NCBI RefSeq assembly: GCF_001194135.2
Contig: NC_068982.1
Location: 190,448,817 to 190,484,999, forward strand
Length of the DNA stretch: 36,183 nucleotides
Origin: Octopus bimaculoides
Taxonomy: Eukaryota
Direction: 5' to 3'
The translations under genes were made by a program, and so were the position numbers. Positions 11,164-21,607 of the stretch are shown in pieces. Below the pieces are notes generated by a model that was not told where the DNA came from, did no database searches, and was given only the letters and a program-made list of their open reading frames with translations. Each line of letters starts with the position of its first letter. The stretch's first letter is position 1.

Positions 11164-11499
11164 CTATTGCCCCAAAAGGATCTCATCTGCCCTTCCACAG
11201 GTCTTGGTTTTTGTCCTTCTGGGCGTCCAGATAACCTCCGTCCTCACAAGAATAGCAAGCTTCTCAAGTGGGGGAGTTAAGTTACCGACAACTCGACCAT
11301 GGAACTGGCAGTACTGGGTCACATGGTACCAAAGTAGCAGGTCTGACCAGTCTGTGAGGAAATCCTTAAACTGGCTGCCGTCCAGTTGGCGAAGGTAATG
11401 CCAAACCACAAAATCCTTGCCATGGAAAGTACAGAAAGCCAGAACGAAGTAACAATATGGCTTCATTCGATGGCAGATCTCGCGATTAATTGGTAACAC
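11164..11499 (-). other. High-complexity ~50% GC island with overlapping ORFs; probable RTE-type LINE 5' UTR fragment (alternative: host exon)
   Basis: 111-aa minus-strand ORF and a 194-nt plus-strand open segment bounded by AG/GT. The minus-strand GTGAGGACGGAGG...CTGGACGCCCAG...ACCAAGACCTGT...GGGCAGATGAG resembles RTE 5' regions as I recall them; unverified. Confidence 0.35.
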
Positions 11500-11619
11500 T
11501 TTCGTTCTAATGCTGCAATAAGCGTAGGATACATGACGACGACGACGACGATGCTATTGCACTCCACCTCTTCTTATCCATTTTTCTCTTGCTCTAACTT
11601 ATCCACGTCACTCTTTTCT

Positions 11620-11673
11620 CGTTGTTACGCGCCTGCTTCTCTTTCTCAGTCTCTGTCTGTCTGTCTGTCTCTT

Positions 11674-11719
<46 letters not shown>

Positions 11720-11765
11720 TCTCTCTCTCACCCTCTCTCTCTCACCCTCTCTCTCACTTCCACTC
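11620..11765. repeat. (CT)n microsatellite
   Basis: Directly visible. Confidence 0.95.
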
Positions 11766-11855
11766 TTGATGTCTTTTAGGTTTTTTTATTTATTTCCTCA
11801 TGCACGGAGCAAAAGATTTCCATACTTCTTTGCTCCTGTAGTTAATTATTATTAC

Positions 11856-11886
<31 letters not shown>

Positions 11887-11909
11887 GTTTTTGTTGCTGT
11901 TCGGTAGTC

Positions 11910-11980
<71 letters not shown>

Positions 11981-12267
11981 GCGTGAGAGAGCAGCGCATG
12001 CCATCAAAGTGACACTGGGGTACATATATACAAAGCCCAGTATACCCATCATGACTACCCGTCTGATAAGGGTACACCAGGCACATGCATCACAACCATA
12101 TGTGTGCAACATGGTGATCTGACATCGAGATAAAAAGCGCATGACCTCGCAGGTGGGGCCCAGTCAGAATTTTCTTCAGGTCGAGTAGCCCATCCCGCTC
12201 AAAAGGTCCCTGAATAAGGTTTGTTTAAGGATGTTGAGCAAAACACCCATGTTTCCAAAGGTGAATC
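11981..12267 (-). mobile_element. 5'-truncated retroposon 3' end embedded in a (TAA)n tract
   Basis: 287 bp of complex, non-coding-looking sequence bounded on both sides by (TTA)n (11905-11980 and 12268-12312); orientation inferred from the longer, purer tract acting as tail. Confidence 0.6.
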
Positions 12268-12324
12268 ATTATTACTATTATTATTATTATTATTATTACT
12301 ATTATTATTATATTGTTTTTGCAC

Positions 12325-12969
12325 AGCTTTTCCTTCTTTCTTTCTTTCTTTCTTTTCTTTCTTTAATTTCTTTTCTTTCGTTCTTTAATTTCTTTTCTTT
12401 CATTTCTTTCTTTCTTTCTTTCTTTCTTTTCTTTCTTTTCTTTCTTTTCTTCTTTTCTTTTCTTTTCTTTCTTTTCTGTCTTTCTTTTCATTCTTTCCTT
12501 TCTTTCCTTTCTTCCTTTCATTTCTTTCTTTTCTTTCTTTCTTTCTTTTCTTTCNNNNNNNNNNCGTGATTAACAGCTTTCTTCAACTGTAACATACCTG
12601 CAGACAACAGGCAAGCAATTTCTTTCTTTCTTTTCTTTCTTTTCTTTCTTTAATTTCTTTTCTTTCGTTCTTTCATTTCTTTTCTTTCATTTCTTTCTTT
12701 TCTTTTCTTTCTTGCTTTTATTTATTTATTTATTTATTTATTTATTTTCTTTCTTTTCTTTCTTTTCTTTTCTTTCTTGTCTGTCTTTCATTCTTTTCTT
12801 TCTTTAATTTCTTTTCTTTCGTTCTTTAATTTCTTTTCTTTCATTTCTTTCTTTTCTTTTCTTTCTTGCTTTTATTTATTTATTTTCTTTCTTTTCTTTC
12901 TTTTCTTTCTTTTCTGTCTTTCTTTTCATTCTTTCCTTTCTTCCCTTTCTTCCTTTCATTTCTTTCATT

Positions 12970-13005
<36 letters not shown>

Positions 13006-13045
13006 TCATTTCTTTTATTTATTTCTTTTTTTTTTATCTCATTTA
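12325..13045. repeat. Pyrimidine-rich (TTTC)n-like low-complexity tract with internal higher-order duplication
   Basis: TCTTTAATTTCTTTTCTTTCGTTCTTT recurs near 12360, 12647 and 12800; interrupted by a 10-N gap and a short spacer. Confidence 0.9.
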
Positions 13046-13300
13046 CTCACTGTAGCGAATATTTTAAGTTCTCTGGTGTTTTTTTTTATTGTTATTAAAG
13101 AAATGTAAACTGCAAATATTTTCATTCGGTCGCTAAAATAGCGTAAAATATCCGCATGATGAAAGGTTAAGATATTACCTGGAATAACGCCAGGTAAGAA
13201 AACAATTTACAAAAAGGTAAACTCTGAATAAAGACATTTCAACCTGGAATTTGGGGCGACAACTGATGTGAATGACGAGTCGGGGTGGAAAAAGGGCCGC

Positions 13301-13834
13301 CTTTTGTCTTTTACTCGCTTCAATCATTGGACTGCAGCCATACTGGGGCACCGCCTTACAGGAGTTCTAGTCGAACATTTAGAGCCTCTGCATTTAATCT
13401 TAAATTTGGCAATTACTCTATCGGTTCCTTAGGCAAATCGCTACGTTGCAGGGAGGTAACGAAACCAACACCGGTTATCAAGAATTGGAGATACAAACAG
13501 ATACTAACACGCATTACATGTATGTGTGTGATGTGTGTGAATATGTATGTGTGTATGCATGTGTGTGTGCGTATGTATGTGTGTATGCATGTGTGGGTGT
13601 GCGTATGTGTGTATGCATGTGTGTGTACATGTGTATGTGGGTATCTATGTATGTATGTATGTATGTGTATACGACGAGCTTCTTCGAGGTGACGTCAACA
13701 AAATTTATTTACAAAACATCGGTCGGCCCGGGACTATAGTAGAAGAGATTCACCCAAGGTGCCACGCGGTGAGATTGAACTCGAAGCCACAGGGCTGTAA
13801 AGTGAGCTTCTTAACCATGCACCCATGCCAACGC
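13301..13834 (-). mobile_element. SINE family A, full length, with internal (ACAT/AC)n microsatellite
   Basis: Diverged head at 13670-13834, microsatellite at 13517-13670, tail including GGCGGTGCCCCAGTATGGCTGCAGTC at 13301-13500. Confidence 0.75.
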
Positions 13835-13950
13835 ATGGAGTGAAATTCCCTCGTACAGAGATTCGGACTGATGCCCTACCGACAGAGAGTTAATGCCGGC
13901 GGTCAATGTTTAGTAAAATATAAAATAGTGTGTTGAGAGAATAGAGGATC

Positions 13951-14110
13951 ACGAAGTGGCTGTGTGGTAAGAAGTTTGCTTCCCAACCACATGGTTCCGC
14001 GTTCAGTCCTACTGCATGGTGCCTTGGGCAAGTATCTTCAACTATAGCCTCGGGCCATACCGAAACCTTGCGAATGGATTTTGCAGACAAAAACTGAAAG
14101 GAGCCTATTG
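13951..14110 (+). mobile_element. SINE family A head
   Basis: GTGGCTGTGTGGTAAGAAGTTTGCTTCCCAACCACATGGTTCC...GAAAGGAGCC. Confidence 0.85.
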
Positions 14111-14139
14111 TATACATATATTTTCAAAATGTAACCACA

Positions 14140-14335
14140 TATGGATCGTTGCTGATTTTTTTTTCCCTCCGTCTTCCTTTTCTCTTGGACTTTCCTCCGT
14201 CTCCTTTTTCTGACGAAGAGCTTTGCTCGAAACGTATAAACTACCTTCCCTGAGCGTCTGCTAATACTTTGCATGTACCACGTCCTGGCGTTGTTTTTTT
14301 TTTGTGTTTGTTCGTTTTTTTCTTGGGGCGGGGAT
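14140..14335 (+). mobile_element. Penelope-like terminal repeat fragment with partial hammerhead core
   Basis: CTGACGA-A-GAGC-TTT-GCTC-GAAACG (14210-14234) and a downstream CGTC (14255-58); stem I not evident. Confidence 0.5.
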
Positions 14336-14831
14336 TTAATTTATATATATATATATATATATANNNNNNNNNNNNNNNNNNNNNNNNNNNNNNNNNNNNN
14401 NNNNNNNNNNNNNNNNNNNNNNNNNNNNNNNNNNNNNNNNNNNNNNNNNNNNNNNNNNNNNNNNNNNNNNNNNNNNNNNNNNNNNNNNNNNNNNNNNNNN
14501 NNNNNNNNNNNNNNNNNNNNNNNNNNNNNNNNNNNNNNNNNNNNNNNNNNNNNNNNNNNNNNNNNNNNNNNNNNNNNNNNNNNNNNNNNNNNNNNNNNNN
14601 NNNNNNNNNNNNNNNNNNNNNNNNNNNNNNNNNNNNNNNNNNNNNNNNNNNNNNNNNNNNNNNNNNNNNNNNNNNNNNNNNNNNNNNNNNNNNNNNNNNN
14701 NNNNNNNNNNNNNNNNNNNNNNNNNNNNNNNNNNNNNNNNNNNNNNNNNNNNNNNNNNNNNNNNNNNNNNNNNNNNNNNNNNNNNNNNNNNNNNNNNNNN
14801 NNNNNNNNNNNNNNNNNNNNNNNNNNNNNNN

Positions 14832-14880
<49 letters not shown>

Positions 14881-14939
14881 CATATTTATATATAACATTG
14901 CTTTCAGGTTTTCACACACGACTAGAAAGTTCGTGAGAG

Positions 14940-15102
14940 GAGATAGGTCAATTACATGGACCCCCAGCACTCAGCTGATACTTGTTTCATTGACTACGAA
15001 AGGATAAAAAGCAAAGTCCACCTCAATGGGATTTGAACTGAGAACGTAATAACGCTAAACATTTTTTTTTTCGGCCTGCTAACCATTCTGCTGGCTGGCC
15101 AC
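14940..15102 (-). mobile_element. SINE family C (Deu/Nin-domain type), degenerate
   Basis: Reverse complement approximates GTTCAAAT...GACTTTGCCTTTCATCCTTTCGGGGTCGATAAA. Confidence 0.65.
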
Positions 15103-15707
15103 ATTGCATTTGTATAACATATTATAACACAAACATGACCTTTCCCCTGTCATGCGAATATATCGTTATATTATATTATATATCCTCTAAGGTTTCTTAA
15201 TTATTTCTGATTAGGGATATATCACATATCAGCAATTGAAGTGAACGTAACCTTATCATTTCGATATCCTGCTGAGTTAACAACTATCTTCTTTTCCATA
15301 TATTTATGTGTGCGTCTGTACTTGCAAATGTCCCAGTGTGCACATGTGTGTGTGTGTGTGTGGTTATTAATGTGTGTCTATAGATTGGCAAAACGACACG
15401 AATGTGGCAGTTTTTTTTTCTATGAGTTCCTTTTATGTAAATAATTCAGACAATACTTGCCTTTCATGTCGGCAGGGCAGCAAAATCGATAATAGCCGCA
15501 ATAATCCCAATGTGTTAATTAGTAAGTAATTATCAGATAGTATCTCTCATACAAAACTAGTTAACTTCATTTATATTCATTAAGCAGATTCATTAAAACT
15601 CCGTAAAAATCATTATTAACGTAACCCAACAATGATTATTTTCCAGCCCAGCGGAGCCACAAACGCCCGCATGTAACATTGTCCCTTATTGTGGTCTCAC
15701 TTTGTGA

Positions 15708-16020
15708 AGGCGCCTGGCGTCGTGGTTACAGTATTCGGCTCACGACCATAAAGTCGTGAGTTCGAGACCAAACGGTGCGTTGTGTCTTTGAGCGAGACAT
15801 CCTATTTCGCGTCACTCCGGGTCGCCAAAATTAATCGTACCTGTAATTCAAAGGTGGAGGCAGCCTTGTAATATTCTATATCCTGCTGAATCTCCCTGGG
15901 AACTACTTTAAGGGTACACATGGCTGTGGAGCATTCAGCCACATGCACATTAATTTCACAAGGAGCCTATTCCGTTGATTGGATCTACTGGAACACTCAT
16001 CGTCGTAACTGACGCAGCAC
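15708..16020 (+). mobile_element. SINE family B, body type 2, full length
   Basis: GGCGCCTGGCGTCGTGG (A-box-like), GAGTTCGAGACC (B-box-like), TGTGTCTTTGAGCGAGACA, and a body shared with 5876 and 19372. Confidence 0.8.
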
Positions 16021-16334
16021 TGTTTTATTTATTTTTTTAAATTATTCCTTTTGCTTCACTTTTGATAGAAAATAAAATACCGACACATGCGACAAGGTTT
16101 CGATTCTTGGTTGCAACCGATTCATTTTTATTTATTTATATAAATATATCAAAGATGTGATAACCACGCCACGCAGTGACAAAACTTTATCGTCCGATCG
16201 ACCAACCAGTTGTGACCATCCCGTCTTGTTATTTGACATATACAGAACTGAGAAGAGCGGAGAATTCTGCATTTGTTAATCTCACGCTTCATTCAACAAA
16301 TCCAACACCAAACTGTGATTATGTATTCCGGCCC

Positions 16335-16470
16335 TTTGCACAGCGGGTTCAAATTCCACTACAGCCAACTTAGCTTCATAACCCTTCGGTGCCGTTAAAT
16401 AAAGACCCAGCCAATAACTAGGCGCTCCAGCCTTGACCATCCTAGTTTCATTAACCAAGGACTACTTTAG
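16335..16470 (+). mobile_element. Highly degenerate SINE family C remnant
   Basis: GGGTTCAAATTCC...TTAGCTTCATAACCCTTCGGTGCCGTTAAATAAAGACC resembles the family C core. Confidence 0.4.
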
Positions 16471-16689
16471 TGAATGGACCAGTTTTCTCTTGTTTTCCCT
16501 ATCTTCACTCTCTCTCACACACACTCTCTCTTTCCATCTTTCTCTTTCCTCTGTCTCACACTCTCTGTCCTCTCTCTATTTCTCTACTCTCCCTCTCTTT
16601 CTCTCTCTCTCCTCTTACTTTCTCGCTCTCTTTCTCTCTATCTCTCTCTCACACACGCACTTTATTTACACTGGTCAATTAGCCAATGT

Positions 16690-16830
16690 AAAATGCCAGG
16701 ACGCGAAGCATTCACTCGACCTGCTAGAAATAGCAGCCAAATATCGTATGAATCACACTGTTGCAGCCTTTTAAAATAAAGTCCATTAATTAAAATAACC
16801 CTCGGATAAAGGTCGGAGTAGTAAATATCA
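16690..16830 (+). mobile_element. Interspersed repeat family D fragment (TGCTAGAAATAGCAGCCAAAT motif)
   Basis: The same motif recurs near 32180 and 32470. Confidence 0.5.
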
Positions 16831-18084
16831 CTGTTGTTCATTCTGCTCTTTTAGCAGTGGTAGTATTGGTAGTAACATTGTTGTTGTTGGTGGTGGTGGT
16901 AGTGCTGGTGCTGGTGTAGTTGCTGTTGTTGGTGGTTGTAGTGGCGAGTTGGTAGTGGTTAGGATTAGGGTCAGGGTCTTGTCGACCAAAGAGCAGGTGT
17001 TTTATATCTGTCTACGTTCGATAGCTTAGTACCAGTAATAAACAACGTGATTACATTCCACCCCCTTTCACAAGAAATCTCTGGCACGGTGGAACCCAAC
17101 TGTTTCGGTTAAAGAATTTAAATCTCCTCCAGTCGAACAGGAATCTCTGACGTCATGGCTGCAATCAATCATGTTAGCACCAATAATTATANNNNNNNNN
17201 NNNNNNNNNNNNNNNNNNNNNNNNNNNNNNNNNNNNNNNNNNNNNNNNNNNNNNNNNNNNNNNNNNNNNNNNNNNNNNNNNNNNNNNNNNNNNNNNNNNN
17301 NNNNNNNNNNNNNNNNNNNNNNNNNNNNNNNNNNNNNNNNNNNNNNNNNNNNNNNNNNNNNNNNNNNNNNNNNNNNNNNNNNNNNNNNNNNNNNNNNNNN
17401 NNNNNNNNNNNNNNNNNNNNNNNNNNNNNNNNNNNNNNNNNNNNNNNNNNNNNNNNNNNNNNNNNNNNNNNNNNNNNNNNNNNNNNNNNNNNNNNNNNNN
17501 NNNNNNNNNNNNNNNNNNNNNNNNNNNNNNNNNNNNNNNNNNNNNNNNNNNNNNNNNNNNNNNNNNNNNNNNNNNNNNNNNNNNNNNNNNNNNNNNNNNN
17601 NNNNNNNNNNNNNNNNNNNNNNNNNNNNNNNNNNNNNNNNNNNNNNNNNNNNNNNNNNNNNNNNNNNNNNNNNNNNNNNNNNNNNNNNNNNNNNNNNNNN
17701 NNNNNNNNNNNNNNNNNNNNNNNNNNNNNNNNNNNNNNNNNNNNNNNNNNNNNNNNNNNNNNNNNNNNNNNNNNNNNNNNNNNNNNNNNNNNNNNNNNNN
17801 NNNNNNNNNNNNNNNNNNNNNNNNNNNNNNNNNNNNNNNNNNNNNNNNNNNNNNNNNNNNNNNNNNNNNNNNNNNNNNNNNNNNNNNNNNNNNNNNNNNN
17901 NNNNNNNNNNNNNNNNNNNNNNNNNNNNNNNNNNNNNNNNNNNNNNNNNNNNNNNNNNNNNNNNNNNNNNNNNNNNNNNNNNNNNNNNNNNNNNNNNNNN
18001 NNNNNNNNNNNNNNNNNNNNNNNNNNNNNNNNNNNNNNNNNNNNNNNNNNNNNNNNNNNNNNNNNNNNNNNNNNNNNNNNNNNN

Positions 18085-18360
18085 TAGAAAGTTATCCTCC
18101 GAGGCACAAGTCCGGGCATGGTTGTTTATGAAAGACCAGCAGTCGCCCATGCATACCAGCCTCTCCTCTCCACACCACTGATGTTATCCAAGGGAAAGGC
18201 AAAGGGGCCGATACAGCTTGGCACCAATGATGTCGCAACTCATGTCTACAGCTGAGTGAACTGGAGCAACGTGAAATAAAGTGTCTTGCTCAAGAACACA
18301 ACACGCAGCCCGGTCCGGGAATCGAACTCACAACCTCACGATCGTAAGCTCGACGCTTAT
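18085..18360 (-). mobile_element. SINE family B, body type 1
   Basis: Reverse complement: GTGAGTTCGATTCCCGGACCGGGCTGCGTGTTGTGTTCTTGAGCAAGACACTTTATTTCACGTTGCTCCAGTTCACTCAGCTGTAGACATGAGTTGCGAC; the 3' end runs into a gap. Confidence 0.85.
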
Positions 18361-18524
18361 GACCATATAGAAATCCGTTGTTTCACCAGAAGCAATAACT
18401 TAGAGGACTCAATACAAACGATGGGTATTCTTCTTTAATGCATTATTAGTGTAAAGCTCCAATTACCAGGACTCAGAGTTGCTCGTTTCCGATCATTTTT
18501 CAACGTGCACTGTCTGAATATATG

Positions 18525-18555
<31 letters not shown>

Positions 18556-19371
18556 TAATATTGACTGTCTGAATGATAATCTAGTACATGAAGTGAAAGT
18601 TTTAAGGAACTGCCTCTCCTTAAGTTCTGTTTAAAAATAGTTTTGTGAACGACACGCGCAAACACGGCTACTTCAAGGTGACGCTTTTCCTTACATTATA
18701 TATATGAGAGCCAATACATATATACATACGTGAGCCACATTGTTGTAATGTGTTCTACTCTTTCTTTCTTTACATATATATATAGATCTTATCTGGTTAC
18801 GGTCGCGCTATCACTGTGCTGAGGATGGTTATTGAGGTAGAAAACATGAAAGTAGTCTGCCCCTTCTTGATTCTTGAAATTATCTCCCCTTTTTCCATTT
18901 GGAATTGGTCCCAGCTGCCACCAACCAATTATTCTACCTTCTCTAGAAGTCTTGTATGTCACGAAAACCCTTATTTATCTTTGTCGTCCACGTATACGCC
19001 AGATGACATGCCGAGGGTTTTTCTCTTAGTTTCATTTTCATCTCATTTGTGTGCGTGCGTGCGTGTCTGTGTGTATGTGTGTGCGTGTGCGTGTGCGTGT
19101 GTGTACGTGCGTGTGTGTGTATGTACGTGTGTGTGTGCGTGTGTGTGTGTGCACGTAGATAAAAAGAAACATCAATCATTGAATAAAAACCAAAATAAAC
19201 AGAGCAACAAACGGCTGTCAGTTTGAATACGGAGGATGAGATGAACCAAAGTTGCTATGATATGTTATTAAGCCCGCCATACGTCATCACGAGATGATAA
19301 TTAATGTTCACTCATCATATAGATTGTCTATCACTATTATAAACATCCAGCTATATATTTGCGAATCAAAT

Positions 19372-19677
19372 TGGCACTCCGTCTGTTACGACGACGAGTG
19401 TCCCAGTTGATCTGATCTACGGAACAACAGCCTGCTCGTAAAATTAATGTAGAAATGACTGAGAACTCCACAGACACTTAATGTAGTTCTCGGAGAGATT
19501 CGGTGTGACATAGAATGTGACAAGGTTGGCCCTTTGAAGTACAACTCATTTTGCCGGCTGAGTTGACTGGAGTAATGTGAAACAAAGTATATTACTCAAG
19601 GACACAACACGTTCCTCGGAATCGAACTCATGACCTCACGATCATAGGCCGAATACCCGAACCACTAAGCTACGTCC
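19372..19677 (-). mobile_element. SINE family B, body type 2, full length
   Basis: Reverse complement has TAGCTTAGTGG (A box), GAGTTCGATTCC (B box) and a body ending GTCGTCGTAACAGACGGAGTGCCA. Confidence 0.85.
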
Positions 19678-20089
19678 CTTTACTAGTAGCGATAAAGCTG
19701 TCTAGAAAAGAATCGCTGATCTTTATTTTAATGTTTTTATTTTGACTTATTTAAATACGAAAGATAAGGTAAAGCCTTTGCTGCGCTGATGACACTTATT
19801 GAGGCAGGAAAATCTCTTTCATCCTTTGAGCGTGAGGTCACGAGGTGAGGTTAGTCACAGGCACGTGACCAAATAAGAAGGTTTCAGCCGAGTAGACTCC
19901 TGTGAAGGTTTGCAATCGCCAGCAGGGTGGAAATCTTAAACTGGGTGAAATCGAGAAACCATTTCCCTGGGTGGTTGGCTGGCTGGCTGGCTGGCTGGCT
20001 GTATGGATGGATGGATGGATGGATGTGTGTGTGCGTGCGTGCGTGGGTGAATGTGTGCGTCTGCGTGTGTGTCTTTGTATTTGTATGTC

Positions 20090-20283
20090 TATATCTTCGA
20101 ACACGACTTGACAACCGGTCTTGGTGTAACTTAGCGTTACGGCAAAAGAACAAATAGAATAAGTAGCAGCTTTTAAACAAAGATTGAGTACAGGCGTCGG
20201 TTCATTCGACTAAAAATTCTTCGAGGCGGTGCCCCAGCATGGCCGCAGTCTATATGACTGGAACAAGTAAAAGATAAGAAAAT
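20090..20283 (+). mobile_element. SINE family A 3' half
   Basis: CTTGACAACCGG...AACTTAGCG...GGCGGTGCCCCAGCATGGCCGCAGTC...AAAAGATAAG, preceded by (GGCT)n(GGAT)n(GT)n. Confidence 0.8.
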
Positions 20284-20499
20284 AATGATGGCCATGGAAA
20301 CCTTGTCTTTGTCTACCAAAGTTCAACAATCTTTTGTATGGTATTCGTTTGCGTAGTTCAAATATATGACACTGGCCAATTCGAGTTATTTCCCTTTGCA
20401 CAATTTTGTTTAAATTATGCAAATTACCTAGGCCATAAATAACTCTCAATCCTTTGGCTGCGTCGAAGATCGAGCCAGGCACGTGTATGTGCGATTATC

Positions 20500-20730
20500 C
20501 TTTTTATCCGCAGACAATAATCCTGTCCAGTTTTGCCAGGGGACTTGAGCGGCAGAATTGCTTTCCCAAAGGAAATAGTGGTAGCTCCGACCAGACAATC
20601 AACCAAACAATCATCATGGTCGAACCCCGGGTGGAGCACAGGTACAGAGGGCAATTACCGTATTCATTTGGCCCTTGCGGAGAATGCAGAGGAGATCGAT
20701 GAAATAAGACATTGTAACCCAGGAAAGTGG
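20500..20730 (+). mobile_element. Degenerate RLE endonuclease fragment, probably HERO-like non-LTR retrotransposon
   Basis: Across frameshifts: DLSGRIAFPKEIVVA / QTIIMVE-PRVE / LAE-ECR, resembling DLxxxLxFPxxIxxTxLRPD...IxELTVPWE...KYxxLxxECR. Confidence 0.4.
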
Positions 20731-20744
20731 AGCACGCACATGCA

Positions 20745-21137
20745 CACATATACCTTCTCATATACACGCACATACCCACATACACCTTCACATTGACACT
20801 CATGCACACACACACACACACACACTCACGCATACATACTCACATACACACATACACACATACACATATGCACATACACACATACACATATTCACACACA
20901 CGCACACACACGCACATACGCACATATACACAAACATACACACTCACATACTCACACATACTTACACATACGCACATGCACACACACATACACACACATA
21001 GTCACACATACTCACACACACACACACACACACAAACGTACACACACACATACACACACATGCTCACACACATACTCACACACACATACACACACAAACA
21101 TACACACACATACGCACACGCATACATACACTCACAG

Positions 21138-21180
<43 letters not shown>
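20745..21180. repeat. Long degenerate (CA)n microsatellite
   Basis: Directly visible. Confidence 0.95.
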
Positions 21181-21607
21181 GTATTAAGTTACAAGTCACC
21201 CCAGCCTCTTCGACCATCGATCATCTGATGGTGAAGCAAGAACGCAGTCGTAATTAAGAGATGATTAATGACATTAAACGTTTTCTGTCATAACTTTACT
21301 CAAGTCTTGGGAGTGGAATTAAGTCGATAGAATCTGTAGAAATCTGGAGCATGGACGACACCAATTCTATAGTGATAGAACTAATCTGTCACCAAGTTTC
21401 AACCACCTCTACTCACACCTTCAACCTGGTCTTTGGCTGCCCCAAACAGAATCCCATCAATTGCATGTATTTGGACCAGTGGTTCTCAACCATTCAGACC
21501 CCTTTAATTCCTCCAGGCCCCTTTCATTCCGGTTTTGTTCAGAGTGGGAGTGTGGTGGTGGGGGAGACCCCCATGGCCATTCGATGTCTAAAGATTCATG
21601 TTATTTA

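Noticed and set aside
13055-13193. Possible exon (polypyrimidine tract + CTGTAG ... CCAG|GTAAGA)
   Set aside because: Interior is AT-rich and not coding-like, the acceptor is a by-product of the CT tract, and there is no supporting partner exon.
15708-15780. tRNA-like A/B boxes here and in other SINE heads
   Set aside because: No complete cloverleaf; they continue into SINE bodies, so they are not tRNA genes.
16957-16976. TTAGG/TTAGGG-like telomeric units
   Set aside because: Only 2-3 imperfect units within a G/T-rich low-complexity patch.
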